Positions 12,835 through 26,062 of a stretch of DNA of 64,000 nt are shown in pieces. The notes under the pieces were generated by a model. It made no database searches and was not told the DNA's origin. It saw nothing but the letters and a program-made list of their open reading frames with translations. Made by a program: the position numbers and the translations under genes. Source of the DNA: Eledone cirrhosa (Eukaryota); assembly GCA_964016885.1 (NCBI GenBank), contig OZ024741.1:285324001-285388000 (forward strand). Reading direction: 5' to 3'. Positions within the stretch are counted from its first letter, which is position 1, and each line of letters opens with the position of its first letter.

Positions 12835-13462
12835 TATTTTTATAGGTAAGTATATATTACCTGTATGTTTCGTGAAGGTACGTATACTTTCTCGTACGTA
12901 TATTTGATTGTATATGTTATGACGTATATATTATATATTCTGGTACATATGCTTTTGGTTATGTGTATACGTGAGTTTTGCGTCTGTGTGAGTATGCGGG
13001 TTCGTACGTATGTAGGGTGTGTGTATATGTGTACTTTGTGTTTTCGTTGACGTACGTCTCCGAACATATGTGTATTTACATGTAGGTATGTGTGCGCACT
13101 TGTTATATACATATTTATTTATTTATATAGGTTTATTTAATTATATGTATACACGCACACACACATATATATATATATATTTTTTTTATATATATATTTT
13201 TTTTATATATATTTTTTATGTGTATTTGGTGTATACTTTCGTATGCGTGTAGGTACAGGCGTTGCGTGGGTTCTGTATGTGCGTGCGGGTTTTTTTTTGT
13301 GTGTGTACGTGCGCGTATGTGTATACCTATGGCGAGCGTTTTCGCGTATGCTTGTGTATGTACGTATAAGGATGCGTGTATGTATTTATTTAATTTCAAT
13401 TACCTCTGTATTTTATTTACTTTATTCTTAACTCTGAAGCCGAGAATCATTCGGTTTCCTAG

Positions 13463-13730
13463 TTAGAATTTTAGTCTACGACTTCTGTTATACCATTTAT
13501 GTGGTTTTGTCATAGCGTGCAATTGTTCTGTCCGCTCCACATATGACGTATTATCTTCGTTTTTTCTGTTCATTGCCAGAGAACGTCTCTATGAACCACC
13601 TAATAGAACATTAGTCTACGACTTCTTTTATACCATAAACGTGGTTTTGCCTTTGCGTGTAATTGTTTTTCACCGCTCCAAATAATGACGTATTATATTC
13701 GTTTTTCCCCGTTCTTTGCCAGGGAACGTT
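13463..13730 (+). repeat. Diverged ~140-bp tandem duplication
   Basis: TAGAA..TTAGTCTACGACTTCT.TTATACCAT...CCGCTCCA..ATGACGTATTAT at 13463 and 13603. Confidence 0.7.
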
Positions 13731-14009
13731 TCCACGAACCAAAGTATCGTCTTCCTGTCTTCCTCCGGTTGCAACGTTTTTTGAAATATTTGCTTCTGCG
13801 TTCACAGATTGACTTCGTTAGTTTCAGAAGATCCCGTTAAGGGTGAAAGCAGCGATTCTTTGCTTAAACTTTAATCTGTTATTTTAATAAATATTTGCTC
13901 TACAGTTTTTATATATTTGATATATATTTATCCTTATCGAGCCTTCTTTGGATTTCAGTCTTCAAATTTATTATTATTACTATATATTACTATATATTAT
14001 TACTATATA

Positions 14010-14200
14010 GGGCGGTGGATTGGCAGTATCGGTAGAGGGTCGGACGCCATGCTTTCCAGCATAGTTACGTACCTTTACGATCTGAGTTCAAATCCCGCCG
14101 AGGTTAACTTCGCCTTTCATCCTTACGGGGTCGATAAAATAAAGTACCAGTAATGAACTGGATAATTGCTGGTCTTGTGACTAAAGTAGAAACAATTACT
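14010..14200 (+). mobile_element. tRNA-derived SINE family A
   Basis: A-box TGGCAGTATCGG, B-box GAGTTCAAATCCC, central CCTTTCATCCTTACGGGGTCGATAAAATAAAGTACCAG, tail AGTAGAAACAATTA. Confidence 0.88.
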
Positions 14201-14204
14201 ATAT

Positions 14205-14410
14205 ACTGGCGCAGCAAGGACGAAATAGCAGGTGATGTGTTGTTATGGAGTCCATCTCATGGAGCAAGAAGACATACGTCCCAAGAAGACATACGTCAAG
14301 CAACTTGAGGACGATACTGGATGCGCTGCGGAAGAACTGGCAAACGCTATGAGAGACAGAGATGGATGGAGGAAACGTGTCGTAGAAAGCCGAGCAAGCT
14401 CGACCTGATG
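14205..14410 (+). mobile_element. RTE-clade LINE 3' fragment
   Basis: VLLWSPSHG...KTYVKQLEDDTG...AMRDRDGWRKRV, followed by tgatgatg. Confidence 0.7.
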
Positions 14411-14412
14411 AT

Positions 14413-14470
<58 letters not shown>

Positions 14471-17400
14471 GGTGTGTGTGTGTGTGTATAGATAGATAGA
14501 TAGATAGATAGATTTCTAATCGTTTTTTTTTAAATACAACTTTTAAATGGTTCTGTTTTCACTTTCATCTGTATTCGTTATATTTTAATGTTAAGCTAAA
14601 TTCTCGATCTAGTTTCAATTTACATCTGTAAAAGCGGAATGTACGTCAACTTTGTTGAGAAAGTAATAGCTGTTATATTGTACCATAAATTCCCTCGTAT
14701 AACTCTAGATTAATGCTTGATTAAAAAAGTATGTTTTAGATTAATTACTCCTACATAAAAATAGCTCCCATAAGATGAGCTAGCTTTTTATTTCTTTCCA
14801 GAAAAGTTGAAACCATATGCCCTGTTACGAGTCTTCTGGGAGTTGCATATCTACCTAACTAAATAGAAAAAAAAAAACTCAAACTATTTCCAACTTTTTT
14901 TAGTACAGTCGAGCATAGTATCTATTTCACCTCAAATGTCTTTGAATATTTTAACAATTAAGAACATTTTTCTTTCTCTAGAGGAAATTAGTTGCGTTCC
15001 GAACTAAATGGGATGGGTTACGTCAGGTTTAAAATGCTATGTCAGGACGGCACTACTTCGATTCTATCATAAGCTACGGGTCCATTCACATCACATAATA
15101 GTACAGAATACCGCAATTGATGGAAATAAAATTCCTGCTATATCTCGGAGAAAATCTTTACAAACACACAACTAGAACCTTTCTGAAACAATAAAAACAC
15201 TTCAATACCATAGCGGATCATCTGAGGAAATTTCCCAATGAATCAACGCAGACAAATATTGAAAAGAAAATGCATACGCAAAAAGTGTCAGTGGAACTAA
15301 TAATCTCCTTAAATCTTAGTGTTTTGAGAGGCAAACCCTAATGTCAAAAGCAAAAACAGCAGTAAATGTCACAAAAAATAAATGAGAATCTATAATTTAC
15401 TGTAATCAGCTCGATCATTTAATTTCCCGAATACTATAGTTGACTTTGGGGGTAAATAGAAAAATAACCGGGAAGTGTTCAATTGAGTACACTATTTTCC
15501 TTTCAAATTATTTCACGCTTTTACTTCATAGTCTGTCTCGAACCTTGAGGCTCATCAGACCGATATTTACAGTGGCATGAAGCAACTGAGAGCTCAAGAA
15601 TCCCCCTGGACAGGATGCCAGTCCAACGTGGGGCACCAACAAAAGTCCAGCTATTGTTGGTACTCATGTTCAGCTGAATATAATGAAACAGTGGGAAAAG
15701 AAGTGTTTTGCTCAAAAACACAACACACAACCCAGTCCAGGAATCGAACCCATGACTTTGTGATCGTAAGTTCTACGCCCTTATCACCTCTACTGTTAGC
15801 AGAAAGTAGCAGAAACATAAATGAATTCATTAGACTACAATTAACAGCAACATTGATCAGCTGCGTTGATTCCAATATATCTCAGAGGGCCTGTAAAGGC
15901 TAAAGGTAGGTCTCCTTCCTCTAGACGAAAAACACATATTTATGGTTAATACTTGAAATATTTATGGTATAACTTGATAAGTGCAGTAGGAAAACACCGT
16001 TCTAGCTACGATCAATCTACTTTGCCTGTATCTAATAGGCACAAGGGGAGAGAATCAACATGATTAGACTGCCATAGTGTAACGCATTCAACGTATGCAA
16101 GTAGGGACCTGTAACTCATTGTAGAGTCGGCTAGGTTCCTCAGTACCATTCAGTGTTTCTTGGACATTTTTACCCTGACGGCACCCATACCTCCCCAGGT
16201 ATAGACAAAGTCAATTTATTCTAGAGAATGAGAGAGAGAGAGAGAGAGAGGGAAAGAGAGAGAGAGAGGGGGAGAAAGGGGGAGAGAGGGGGGGGGGGGG
16301 GAGATGGGAAAGAGAGAGGAGAGAGAGAGAGAGAGAGTGTGTGTGTTCTGCTGAAGTGAGAACGAGATGGACTAGTACATTTTTATTGACTTTCCAATTA
16401 TGAAATGCAAAGTTGACTTCGGCGTGATTTAAATTCAGATCACAGAGGGCCAGAATAAATACCATAAAACCATAAAACATACTAACCGACGTTATTACGA
16501 CTTTGTCAATTCGTAGGCTTCATTTAATGGGACGAGTACCATAATAAATAGGCGGAGAACAACATACTACACATAGAAGAAAATCAACATGTCAAGCCTG
16601 CCATGTTGTATCGCACACAATAACTTATTTTAAAAGTAGAGAGCTTTATAACTAGAGAAAGAAATGAAATATAAGAAACACTGAATTTGTGGACCATGCC
16701 TAGACTTTCGACACACTGCATCAGTGATCAGCTCCATGATACCTACCATGGGACAAAAACAACAACAAAAAGAAGCACTATCATGTACGATAGAAAACGT
16801 CCATTTATCACAAGCCACAACGTCTCCGTCATAATTCTGAGAATTTTCTCCTTAAAGAATGTAGCTTGGTTTTTCATTTTTCTCGAATGTCTTATTTATG
16901 AATGTGCTTCAATAAAGTTATAGGATTTGATCGATGTATGCTCTGATTCTGATTTCTAATCGACAAAGCTAATGATACTCAGTCAACTGTTTAAAAAGGA
17001 CTTCAAAGAACTGGTACAATAAGCAAGCCCAATTAAGTATAATCGTTGAGTTACTCATAAAAGATATGATATCTTACACGAAAACAGGAATGTAGAATGC
17101 AGAATGCCTTCTGATTTGTGGCAAATTTTCCTTCATAATTACAGCCGAGAGGTGAAAGGATTAATGTAAATCTATCGAATAACAGTCAAATATGTAACCA
17201 AGATCACAAATTCTCAGCTCAGTGATTAACATTCCCCACCACCTGTCCTCCATTTACCTACATGGAATTTTGCTCTCTCTTTTGAAGTTTCCTGAATGTG
17301 ATAATTAGACTAAATTTAACATGAATGCCTGACCATATTTCTTTAATCAAATGATTTAAGTAACACATATATCCCATTAAGGTTTGGAACATGTAACCTT

Positions 17401-17949
17401 AGTAAACATACTTTAATCCTGGCTTGTTATAAAGTTTGTTTAATCCTGCATGACGAAGCAATTAGTTTAACACATAATATTTCCAGATCTTTCTTTTAAG
17501 AAATTACCTTGAACGTTGAAAATTGCTCCTTACTGACATTACAGATACTAAATATTTCGAAACGGAGGCTAACCTTTTGAATTTTCTAAAATTTCACAGC
17601 ATTAAGATCTTGTCACTTTTTGTCATGGTAATATATTTATCTTTCCTAAAATTAATAGGGAACTGCATTTCATTGCGTACACGTCTTACAAGCTGAGGCA
17701 CACACATTTACTTGACGATCGAATAAATTCTCATCAACCACCCAGTAATTAGTACGCCATTCATCAATACTCCTATCTAATCAGTGACAGCCATAATCAC
17801 AAATTTTGCAGCATACAGAATACATTCTATAAGTGATTATACTCACAGAATATAGTTTTTCTCTACATATATCTTCAGCAAATATGACATCAAAGGTATA
17901 TATTGGAATCCGGCCTTCTTTTATAATCGAATTATATATACGATAACAT

Positions 17950-19015
17950 TATACCTTTCTCACCCTCTCTATATACCACTACATACCTAACTCTTTCTCA
18001 TTAGACCAAACTTTCCCCTCCCTCACTAAACCACAAAAATCTCTCCTCCTCTCTATAGCCGACTAGATACATCACTATCTCAAAACTTACAATTCCGCCT
18101 CTCTCACTAAACCTTAAACTCATTCTCTCTCTATATATCCAACTAATTCTCCCCTTCTCTATATGCCATTACATACTTCACTCTACATAATTCTCACAAT
18201 TCACTCTCTCCCACCAAACCACCAAACTACCAAACTATCACCCGCTCTCTATAACTCACTCTCTTAACCCCCTTCTCTCACTTAATCAACAAACTCTCAC
18301 CCCTCTCTATAACCACTAAATACCTCACACTCTCTCGCAATACCTCCTCTCTAACTAGACCCAAATTTCTCTCCACCTCTCTATATACCATTATATACCT
18401 CATTCTCTTTCACTCTCACAATATCCGCTCTCACTAAACCAACAAATTCTCTCCCGCTTTCTATATCCCATAACATACATCACTCCTGCTCACAAATCCC
18501 CCTCTCTCACCACATTCTCTCTCCCCTCTATATCTCTCTAGATCCCTCAATCTCTCTCACAATTTCTCCTCTCTTACTAAACCAACAAACTCTCTCCTCT
18601 TCACTCTATACCACTACATACCACACTCTCTCACAATTATCCCCCTTTCATTCAGCCATCTAATTCTCTCCTCCTCTCTATATACCACTACATATCTCAC
18701 TCTCTCTCTCACTATCTTAATTTAACCTCTCTAATTAAACAAACAAACTCTATCCCCCCCTCTCTCTCTATCCTAATACATATCTCACTCTCTCTATATA
18801 TATCTTACTACATACCACACTCTCTCTAACAATTCCCCCTCACTCACTGAAACAACAAACTATCACCCCTCACTCTATACCACCACATGCCTCACTCTCT
18901 CTCTCAATTCCACCTTTCTCACTAAACCAACAAATTATCTCCTGCTCTCTATATCCCACTACTTAACTAACTCTCTTTAACTCTCTTAATTCCCCCTCTC
19001 TGACTAAATCAACAA
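17950..19015 (+). repeat. Degenerate minisatellite, ~70-80-bp C/T-rich unit
   Basis: Recurring CTCTCTATATACCACTACATACCTCACTCTCT...CTCACTAAACCAACAAA. Confidence 0.8.
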
Positions 19016-19017
19016 AT

Positions 19018-19100
<83 letters not shown>

Positions 19101-19583
19101 AGGATGAATATAAAATGAAAGTGCTTTTGTTAAAAAAGGAATTTATTAGGTATTGACATATGTTTCTGTAACAGACCGAATACCTATGTATCGCTGCTTG
19201 CGTAATCATATAATGTTAGCAAGTATTCGATAGCAAATGTATAATCAGTTGTCACTTCTTCAGAGATTTTGGATAAACTGGATAAAATCAGAAAAATTGA
19301 AGTATTTATATTAGTAAAAGAGGAAGGAACAGAGGGGATAGAATATGACAGATGGTAAAATAATTTACTGCTAAACAAGTATATAATGGGTTTTTAATGA
19401 GAATACCATGAGTAAATCTAAATAAGAATTTTGGGGGTGCCGATTTTAATCTCTACTTGACCAACTGGACAGTGGACAGGGCTGGTCATTTGGTGCAGTA
19501 GTATTAATCATAAAGTGTCAATTGGGGAAGGGGGAGATATCGATTGCTACTAAATAGAAAATTGGGGAAGGGGGAGATATCGA

Positions 19584-21035
19584 TTGCTACTAAATAGAAA
19601 AACTATAGTTAAATTCGATGATAGCTACTGGGTTCGCAAAGATAGACCTTCTAATTTTGATATCACTATGGGTTCTAATGATTCGGCGGAGGTAACAGAT
19701 CTTGTGGGAATTTATATCACCCACAGATTACAAGGAAAATTCAAGGATCTCCACGGTGGAATTTACCGTGACGATGCGCTCCTATTAGTTAAGAATATGA
19801 ATAACCAGAATTTAGAAAGGATGCGTAAAAATATCAGAAAACTTTTTAAAGAACTAGGATTAAATATTACATTTGAATATAACCTCAAAGAGGTCAATTT
19901 CCTTGATGTTACTTTCAATCTCAATACAGATACGATTAAACCGTTCCATAAACTAAATGAGAACCTTAAATATGTAAATACGAGTTCTAACCATCCACTC
20001 TCTATAATTAAATCCATCCCTAGAAATGTTTCTCTTAGAATCTCCCGCCTATCGTCCAACCAACAAACCTTCAAAGAACATGCCGAGTATTATGATGATG
20101 CACTTAGGAAAGCCGGTCACCTAGATAATATAGAGTATATAGTCAATGATCACCAAAACACCCAAAATAAATCACATAGGAGTAGAAATAGCACAGAATC
20201 ACCACCATACATACACTACCGCAATAGACACAATAATAGTCGCACACCACCAAACAGAAGGCGATGTAAGGAGTATATCTGGTACAACCCGGTCTATAAC
20301 AAATCTATTAAAACCAATCTACCCTCAAAATTCTTTCGATTAGTTAGAAAACACTTTCCAACATCACATAAATATAATAAAATCTTAAACCCTAACACCA
20401 TCCGACTTTCATATTCAACCGCCCCTAATATTGAACAACATATAAAAATGCTTAACGCAAAACGGTTGTATAAACGCCTTCCAACACATAACAATACACG
20501 TAAAACATTAGCTATAACATCACAAAACAACAAACAACATCCTGTTCTACATAAGCAACCTCATCAACCCATCCATGGCAATACAACAACGCAAAATTGT
20601 AATTGCAACTGTGTCCAACCAGGAATGTGTCCGTTGAACAACCAGTGTCTTGAACGCAACATCGTATACAAATGTACTATCGAATCGGATAGACAGAAGT
20701 GGTACTATGTGGGATCTACAGCCACCTCCTTTAAATCACGCCTTTATAGACATCGTTATTCGATAAAACATGAAAACCAGCGTTATGTAACAACACTCGC
20801 AGACAAGGCTTGGCAGCTGCGTGAAAATAACCAACAATTTCACCTAAAATGGGATATAATAGCGACTGCCCCCCCATATTCCAATGGACAGGAATTTTGT
20901 AGATTATGTAATGTAGAATTATTTTGTATTATGAAATCCAAAAACATTTTATTAAATAACAGAATAGAGCGATCGTTATACTGTAACCATCGCTTAAAAT
21001 CTACATTTTCATATTATAAATACTACCAGGATTGA
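19584..21035 (+). CDS. Penelope-like element ORF, 5'-truncated (RT C-terminal half + GIY-YIG)
   Basis: Motifs TMGS, GIYRDD, VNFLDVTF, SNHP, CNCNC...CPL...C, IVYKC...YVGST...RLYRH and CRLC. Confidence 0.9.
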   Translation: MLLNRKTIVKFDDSYWVRKDRPSNFDITMGSNDSAEVTDLVGIYITHRLQGKFKDLHGGIYRDDALLLVKNMNNQNLERMRKNIRKLFKELGLNITFEYNLKEVNFLDVTFNLNTDTIKPFHKLNENLKYVNTSSNHPLSIIKSIPRNVSLRISRLSSNQQTFKEHAEYYDDALRKAGHLDNIEYIVNDHQNTQNKSHRSRNSTESPPYIHYRNRHNNSRTPPNRRRCKEYIWYNPVYNKSIKTNLPSKFFRLVRKHFPTSHKYNKILNPNTIRLSYSTAPNIEQHIKMLNAKRLYKRLPTHNNTRKTLAITSQNNKQHPVLHKQPHQPIHGNTTTQNCNCNCVQPGMCPLNNQCLERNIVYKCTIESDRQKWYYVGSTATSFKSRLYRHRYSIKHENQRYVTTLADKAWQLRENNQQFHLKWDIIATAPPYSNGQEFCRLCNVELFCIMKSKNILLNNRIERSLYCNHRLKSTFSYYKYYQD

Positions 21036-21501
21036 ACGCCTGTCTCTATCCCCGTTTGATTGTCAAAATAGATATGAACATTCTTTATTAGTCTTAATTC
21101 TATCAACTCTTCTATTATTTACCTTTTAATACAAACTGCTATAGATAAAATGAGATTTCTGATTTTTTGATTCAATTCCCTAGAGCAAATACCAGCTGAC
21201 CACTAGCATTGATGTTATTTAGTAGCAATCGAAATCTCCCCCTTCCCCAATTGACACTTTATGATTAATACTACTGCACCAAATGACCAGCCCTGTCCAC
21301 TGTCCAGTTGGTCAAGTAGAGATTAAAATCGGCACCCCCAAAATTCTTATTTAGATTTACTCATGGTATTCTCATTAAAAACCCATTATATACTTGTTTA
21401 GCAGTAAATTATTTTACCATCTGTCATATTCTATCCCCTCTGTTCCTTCCTCTTTTACTAATATAAATACTTCAATTTTTCTGATTTTATCCAGTTTATC
21501 C

Positions 21502-21622
21502 AAAATCTCTGAAGAAGTGACAACTGATTATACATTTGCTATCGAATACTTGCTAACATTATATGATTACGCAAGCAGCGATACATAGGTATTCGGTCTG
21601 TTACAGAAACATATGTCAATAC
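21502..21622 (+). ncRNA. Hammerhead-like motif with long stem II in PLE 3' region (degenerate stem I)
   Basis: CTGAAGA (21509) a GTGACA-ACTGA...TCGGT-c-TGTTAC a GAAA CATATG TC; palindromic minimal stem III. Confidence 0.5.
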
Positions 21623-21777
21623 CTAATAAATTCCTTTTTTAACAAAAGCACTTTCATTTTATATTCATCCTTTCTACATTTCTCCGGAATATAATTTATA
21701 CTCGTTGAGCAAACCTGCACGTACGCTGTTCATCTCTAACGTAACGATATATTATCACTACATTATTGATAACCTGA

Positions 21778-21814
<37 letters not shown>

Positions 21815-21818
<4 letters not shown>

Positions 21819-22090
21819 GATGAAATCGAAAATGCAACTGGAGTCTTATTTAAAAATAAATATATATATTTATTTGGTTCTTTTACCGGTGGTTTCGCAG
21901 TTCTTCTGCTTTTCAAAAGTAGAGTTGAGATGGAGGGTCTGTGGTTTTATATATGTATATATAAACCACAGTGAGAAAAACCACAGACCCTCCATCTCAA
22001 ATCTACTTTTGAAAAGCAGAAGAACTGCGAAAAATATATATATATATTTTTTAAATAAGACTCCAGTTGCATTTTTGATTTCATCTTTTT
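21815..22090. mobile_element. Palindromic mini-element with hammerhead-like motif (minus strand ~21876-21923)
   Basis: Arms GATGAAATCGAAAATGCAACTGGAGTCTTA...GGAGGGTCTGTGGTTTT and their reverse complement; TTGAAAA GCAG aagaa CTGC GAAA CC acc GG TA. Confidence 0.65.
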
Positions 22091-22157
22091 TTCTTTATAC
22101 TTTCACTCGTGTAGGACACCTCGGTTATTTTTTATTTTGTAAAAGAACCTCACTTTG

Positions 22158-22209
<52 letters not shown>

Positions 22210-22219
22210 TATTCTAAGG

Positions 22220-22665
22220 CGGGTAAAATTCCCGAGATCCATGGACAAGTTCTCTCCAGCGGTCTCTGTCCCTCATTATCGCTGCCATTTCCTGCGTCTC
22301 CAATAGACCAGTGTCTGTCCTTAGGGCATCAACATACGTTAACCTTGGTCTTCCTCTTCATAGAAGAGACCTGAAAATCCGCCTCTTCATTGCTGTAGTG
22401 GAGTCTGTGCTGCTGTATCGGTCTGAGACTTGGACACTGACCAAGAAACTCACTCAGATGGTGGATGGGTGCTACACGAGAATGCTGAGGATGGCTCTGA
22501 ACATTAATCAGTATACACTGAGGATGAAAAACTCAGAGGTGTATGGGAGCATCCCAAAAGTGAGCTCAAATGTGACACAGAGGAGACTGAGGTTAGCAGG
22601 ACATGCTCACCGACATCCAGAGTTGACATTGCACTCAGTGCTCCTTTGGGAGCCCCTACATGGAT
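22220..22665. mobile_element. RTE-clade LINE 3' fragment with internal inversion
   Basis: Plus strand 22365-22665 reads LKIRLFIAVVESVLLY.SETWTL...RRLRLAGH...LLWEPLHG. Minus strand ~22362-22250 reads RGRPRLTYVDALRTDTG...MRDRDRWR. (TA)n flanks. Confidence 0.8.
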
Positions 22666-25194
22666 ATATATATATATATATATTTACAAACATATATATG
22701 CATATATATTTGTTTGTGTGTGTGTGGGTGTATCTGTGTGTGTGTGACACACACACATATATACATATTCATTACACACATACACACACACACACATATA
22801 TATATATATCGCCTTGAAACATTAAAATCCACAATAATATGTACCAAAGACAAACTACTCTTTCGTACGGAAATATAATACAAGTACAGAAACACTAATA
22901 CACACATAAGCACATTATATGTATAACAAACATGAACAGAACATTGCAGATTTTACACACATACAAAAAAGAACAGTATTAATAAAATTCACACACGTCC
23001 AAATACAGTTCGATATTCACCAACGATAAATAGAAATACATAAATAAGTATATTGTAACGCTTCACGCACATAATCTCACAAACAGATTACAAGTTAAAA
23101 TATTCCGTATATTGAGAAATTTTCTTTAGAAAAATACAATGAACAATTTATGTGAATATTCCCCTAAATCTATATTTTAGACCGAAACAACCTTTACGAA
23201 AAATTATTGTCTATCATTTTACATTATTACCATGTCAAGAGAAGCTGCCGCTTTTAGAGATATGAAAAAAGACTTTCAAGAACCGGTGTTGTTTTTACGT
23301 TCTGTTGTTTCATTGGAAACATTTTAAATATGGATGAAAAAATTAATGAAAGTAACATGATATATACACATCTATACGCACTTTAAATATATACAAACTC
23401 ACACAGAAAAAAAAACACAAAGCAAGCACTCAATTATATTAGAAAAAAAGTTAACTATTTAGAACAACTTTTATAGTTTAACGATACGAGGGCCAGCCAG
23501 CTAGATGTGAACATGCTCACTGTCTCTCCTTCTCCCCCCCCCCCTCTCTCTCTCTCTCTATATATATATAGATAGATAGATATAGATATACATGTAGATA
23601 TATATGTATACACACATATATATATTATAATAATATCATTGATGTTCACTCACAAATACATACATACATATATATACATATATATATATATATATGTCTA
23701 GTCAAGCAACGAACTGCATGCTCGTCAAATCAACGTGTAAATAGTGGAGTATTATTTCACAGATATGTGAACACACATCGTAGTACTTGGGAAGATTCGG
23801 CGTGACACAGTATATGACAAGTCTGGTTCCTTGAATTACATTTAAACTAATTTTTTTCCAGCGGCGTGGTCTGGAGCAATGAGAAATAAAACGACTTGTT
23901 AATGCTTTTAATTCTGTATCGGTTATTGACTTTCCCTTGGACAACATCGGTGGCGTGAAGATGGGACACTGGTATGCAGAGGCTACTGCTGGCCTTCCAC
24001 AAACTACCTGCTCCGAACTTGTGCCTCGGAGAGGAACTTTCTAGGTACAAAATGCATGGTGTTCGAAGGGTGTCTTAAACCTTTACACTAGATGACATAC
24101 CTATCTACTTGAAGGTTTTCTATTACAAAAGAAATCCAATAAGCGTACCCCCAACAGATATTTATCTCACGTAACTATAGGTGAATTGTCTTTCTCAAAA
24201 AATGTTTCCTCTACGTCTGGCGTCATTTTGATTCAGCATATCTTCAGTGAAGAATGTTTAACTGACATAAAGTGTTAGAAAATGAAATGAAATGGCGTTC
24301 TTTCTTACCCTTTACTCGTCTTTTGGTATTTATATCAGCTTTGATATTCAAACAAAATCGACTGTTGCAAAATATTGCGACAGGAAGCCCTGAAACTTTG
24401 TACAGCTGTCACTTTCGATAGTGCGCAATTAATTTTGTCTGACAACTAATCGATATTAGATTTTAATGTAAAAGTGGAATCAATGAATAAAAAGTTATAT
24501 ATTTTAAATATTTTTACTTCTAGAGCTTATTAACTATAACGTCGTGAGTGACTGTTCTGGAACCCTCATAGAACAATGCGTGTCATTCAAAAAAAGCACT
24601 CTTATTCTGTAATGGCACCGAATATTATTTTGCCAACAGCTTTTTTTTTTTCGAGTTTTGATTCAATCGAATTTCTTCTGTTTGTGTACTTCCTGCTAAA
24701 CAATCCATCTCTTTAAATCCACTCTCTTTTCCTCACATTCTCTGTCTACTCATCTTACAATATATACGAGTATACCGTTCTCCCACTCTGTTTTTGCAGT
24801 TTCCTTCTCTTCTCGGTATCAATCTTTCTTGTTCTCGTTTATATAATTTTCATCCTCCCGTTTCTTTCACCGTACTGTCGTCATCTATCTTTTCATATAA
24901 ATGTCATTGCTATTTCTTCTTTTATCATATCTGCATCTGTCCTTCTCTCTACTCTTTCACATTCTACTCTTTATCTTTGTCGATGTTGTTGTTGCTGCTG
25001 CTGCTGCTGCTGTTGTTGTCGTTGGCGACGGTGGTCTTGTTGTCTGAAGTGGTGGTGGTCGTTACAGTGGTGACGCTATTGTCGACATTTCAACTCGAAA
25101 TTGACTTGCTGTCACGTGACAGCTGGCTAAAAGAGGAGGGACTTGTCGCTTCCATTTTTAATGCTTTTCAGTGTGAAGATGAAGAAAATTGAAG

Positions 25195-26040
25195 TTCAAA
25201 TATTTCGGCCACATCTAAATAGTAACAATGTCAGAAGTGCCGTAAATTCCTCCTTTGTCTATTATTAGGTACAGTGGGGAGAATTCTCAAATGGAATATT
25301 ACTGAACAAAAAGAAATGGATAGACTAGGAAGCTAATGACTACCTACAACATGTTCCACAATAGAGGAGTGAAGATCAAGAGAGGTGTCTTCCAAGGAGA
25401 TAGTTCGACCCCTTTGTTGCCCTCATACCCTTGTCCCTGAAAAGTGAAAGCAGGATACAAACTGAGAAGAGAAGAGCTTACCATCAACCACGTCCTCATG
25501 GAGGATCTAAAACTCTTTGGGAAAAATTAGAAGTAGTTGGATGTACTTGTTAACACTGTCCGTATTTTCAGCAATGATATATGTATAGAATTTGGTGTTA
25601 ATAAGTGTGGAGTCCTAGTGATTTAAGAGAGGTAAATTGAACAGAAGCAACGGAACCCAGGTACCAACGGGTAAGATGATAAAGGAAATCGACACTGAAA
25701 GGGATACAGATATTTTGGTGTTCTGGATGCAGATGACATCAAGAACCATAAAATGAAGGAATTGACAAGATCTGAATACATAAGGAGAGTAAGAAACATA
25801 CTAAAATCACATCTAAATAGTAGGAATGTCACAAGTGCAGTAAATTCCCGAGTTGTGCCTATTATTAGGTACAGTGCAGGAATTCACAAATGGAATGTTA
25901 CTGAAATGGATAGAAAGACTACAGCATGTTCCACAAGAGGAGTGATGTTGATATACTGTACTTAAAGAGATCTGAAGGTGGAAGAGGTCTTATCAGCGTA
26001 GAGGACCGTGTTCAAATGGAGAAGAGCAGTCTGCACACAT
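25195..26040 (+). pseudogene. Degenerate R4/Dong-like LINE RT fragment
   Basis: IKRGVFQGDS, INH.LMEDLKLF, FGVNKC, YRYFGVL, EYIRRVRNILKSHLNSRN...VVPIIRYSAG, with frameshifts. Confidence 0.65.
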
Positions 26041-26062
26041 AATATTAATAATAATATTAATA

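Larger units (their letters stand above)
19096..21783 (+). mobile_element. Penelope-like element with inverted copy of its 3' terminal region (pseudo-LTR) at the 5' end
   Basis: 19096-19556 is the reverse complement of 21216-21676. (TA)n flanks both sides. There is a 40-bp direct duplication 19521-19560/19561-19600 at the junction. Confidence 0.88.

Noticed and set aside
13820-13860. HHR-like CAGAAGA-TCCC-GTTAA-GGGT-GAAA
   Set aside because: Core and cleavage site are mutated and stem I is absent; at best a dead remnant.
14010-14110. Possible tRNA genes at SINE heads
   Set aside because: A and B boxes are present, but there is no full cloverleaf and they continue into SINE bodies.
17950-19015. 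CRISPR-like periodicity
   Set aside because: Degenerate tandem units without unique spacers; eukaryotic context and no cas genes.
23830-24090. Possible RTE 5'UTR-like fragment (minus); similar impression at 31140-31260
   Set aside because: Resemblance from memory only; no coding motif or second copy in the window to support it.
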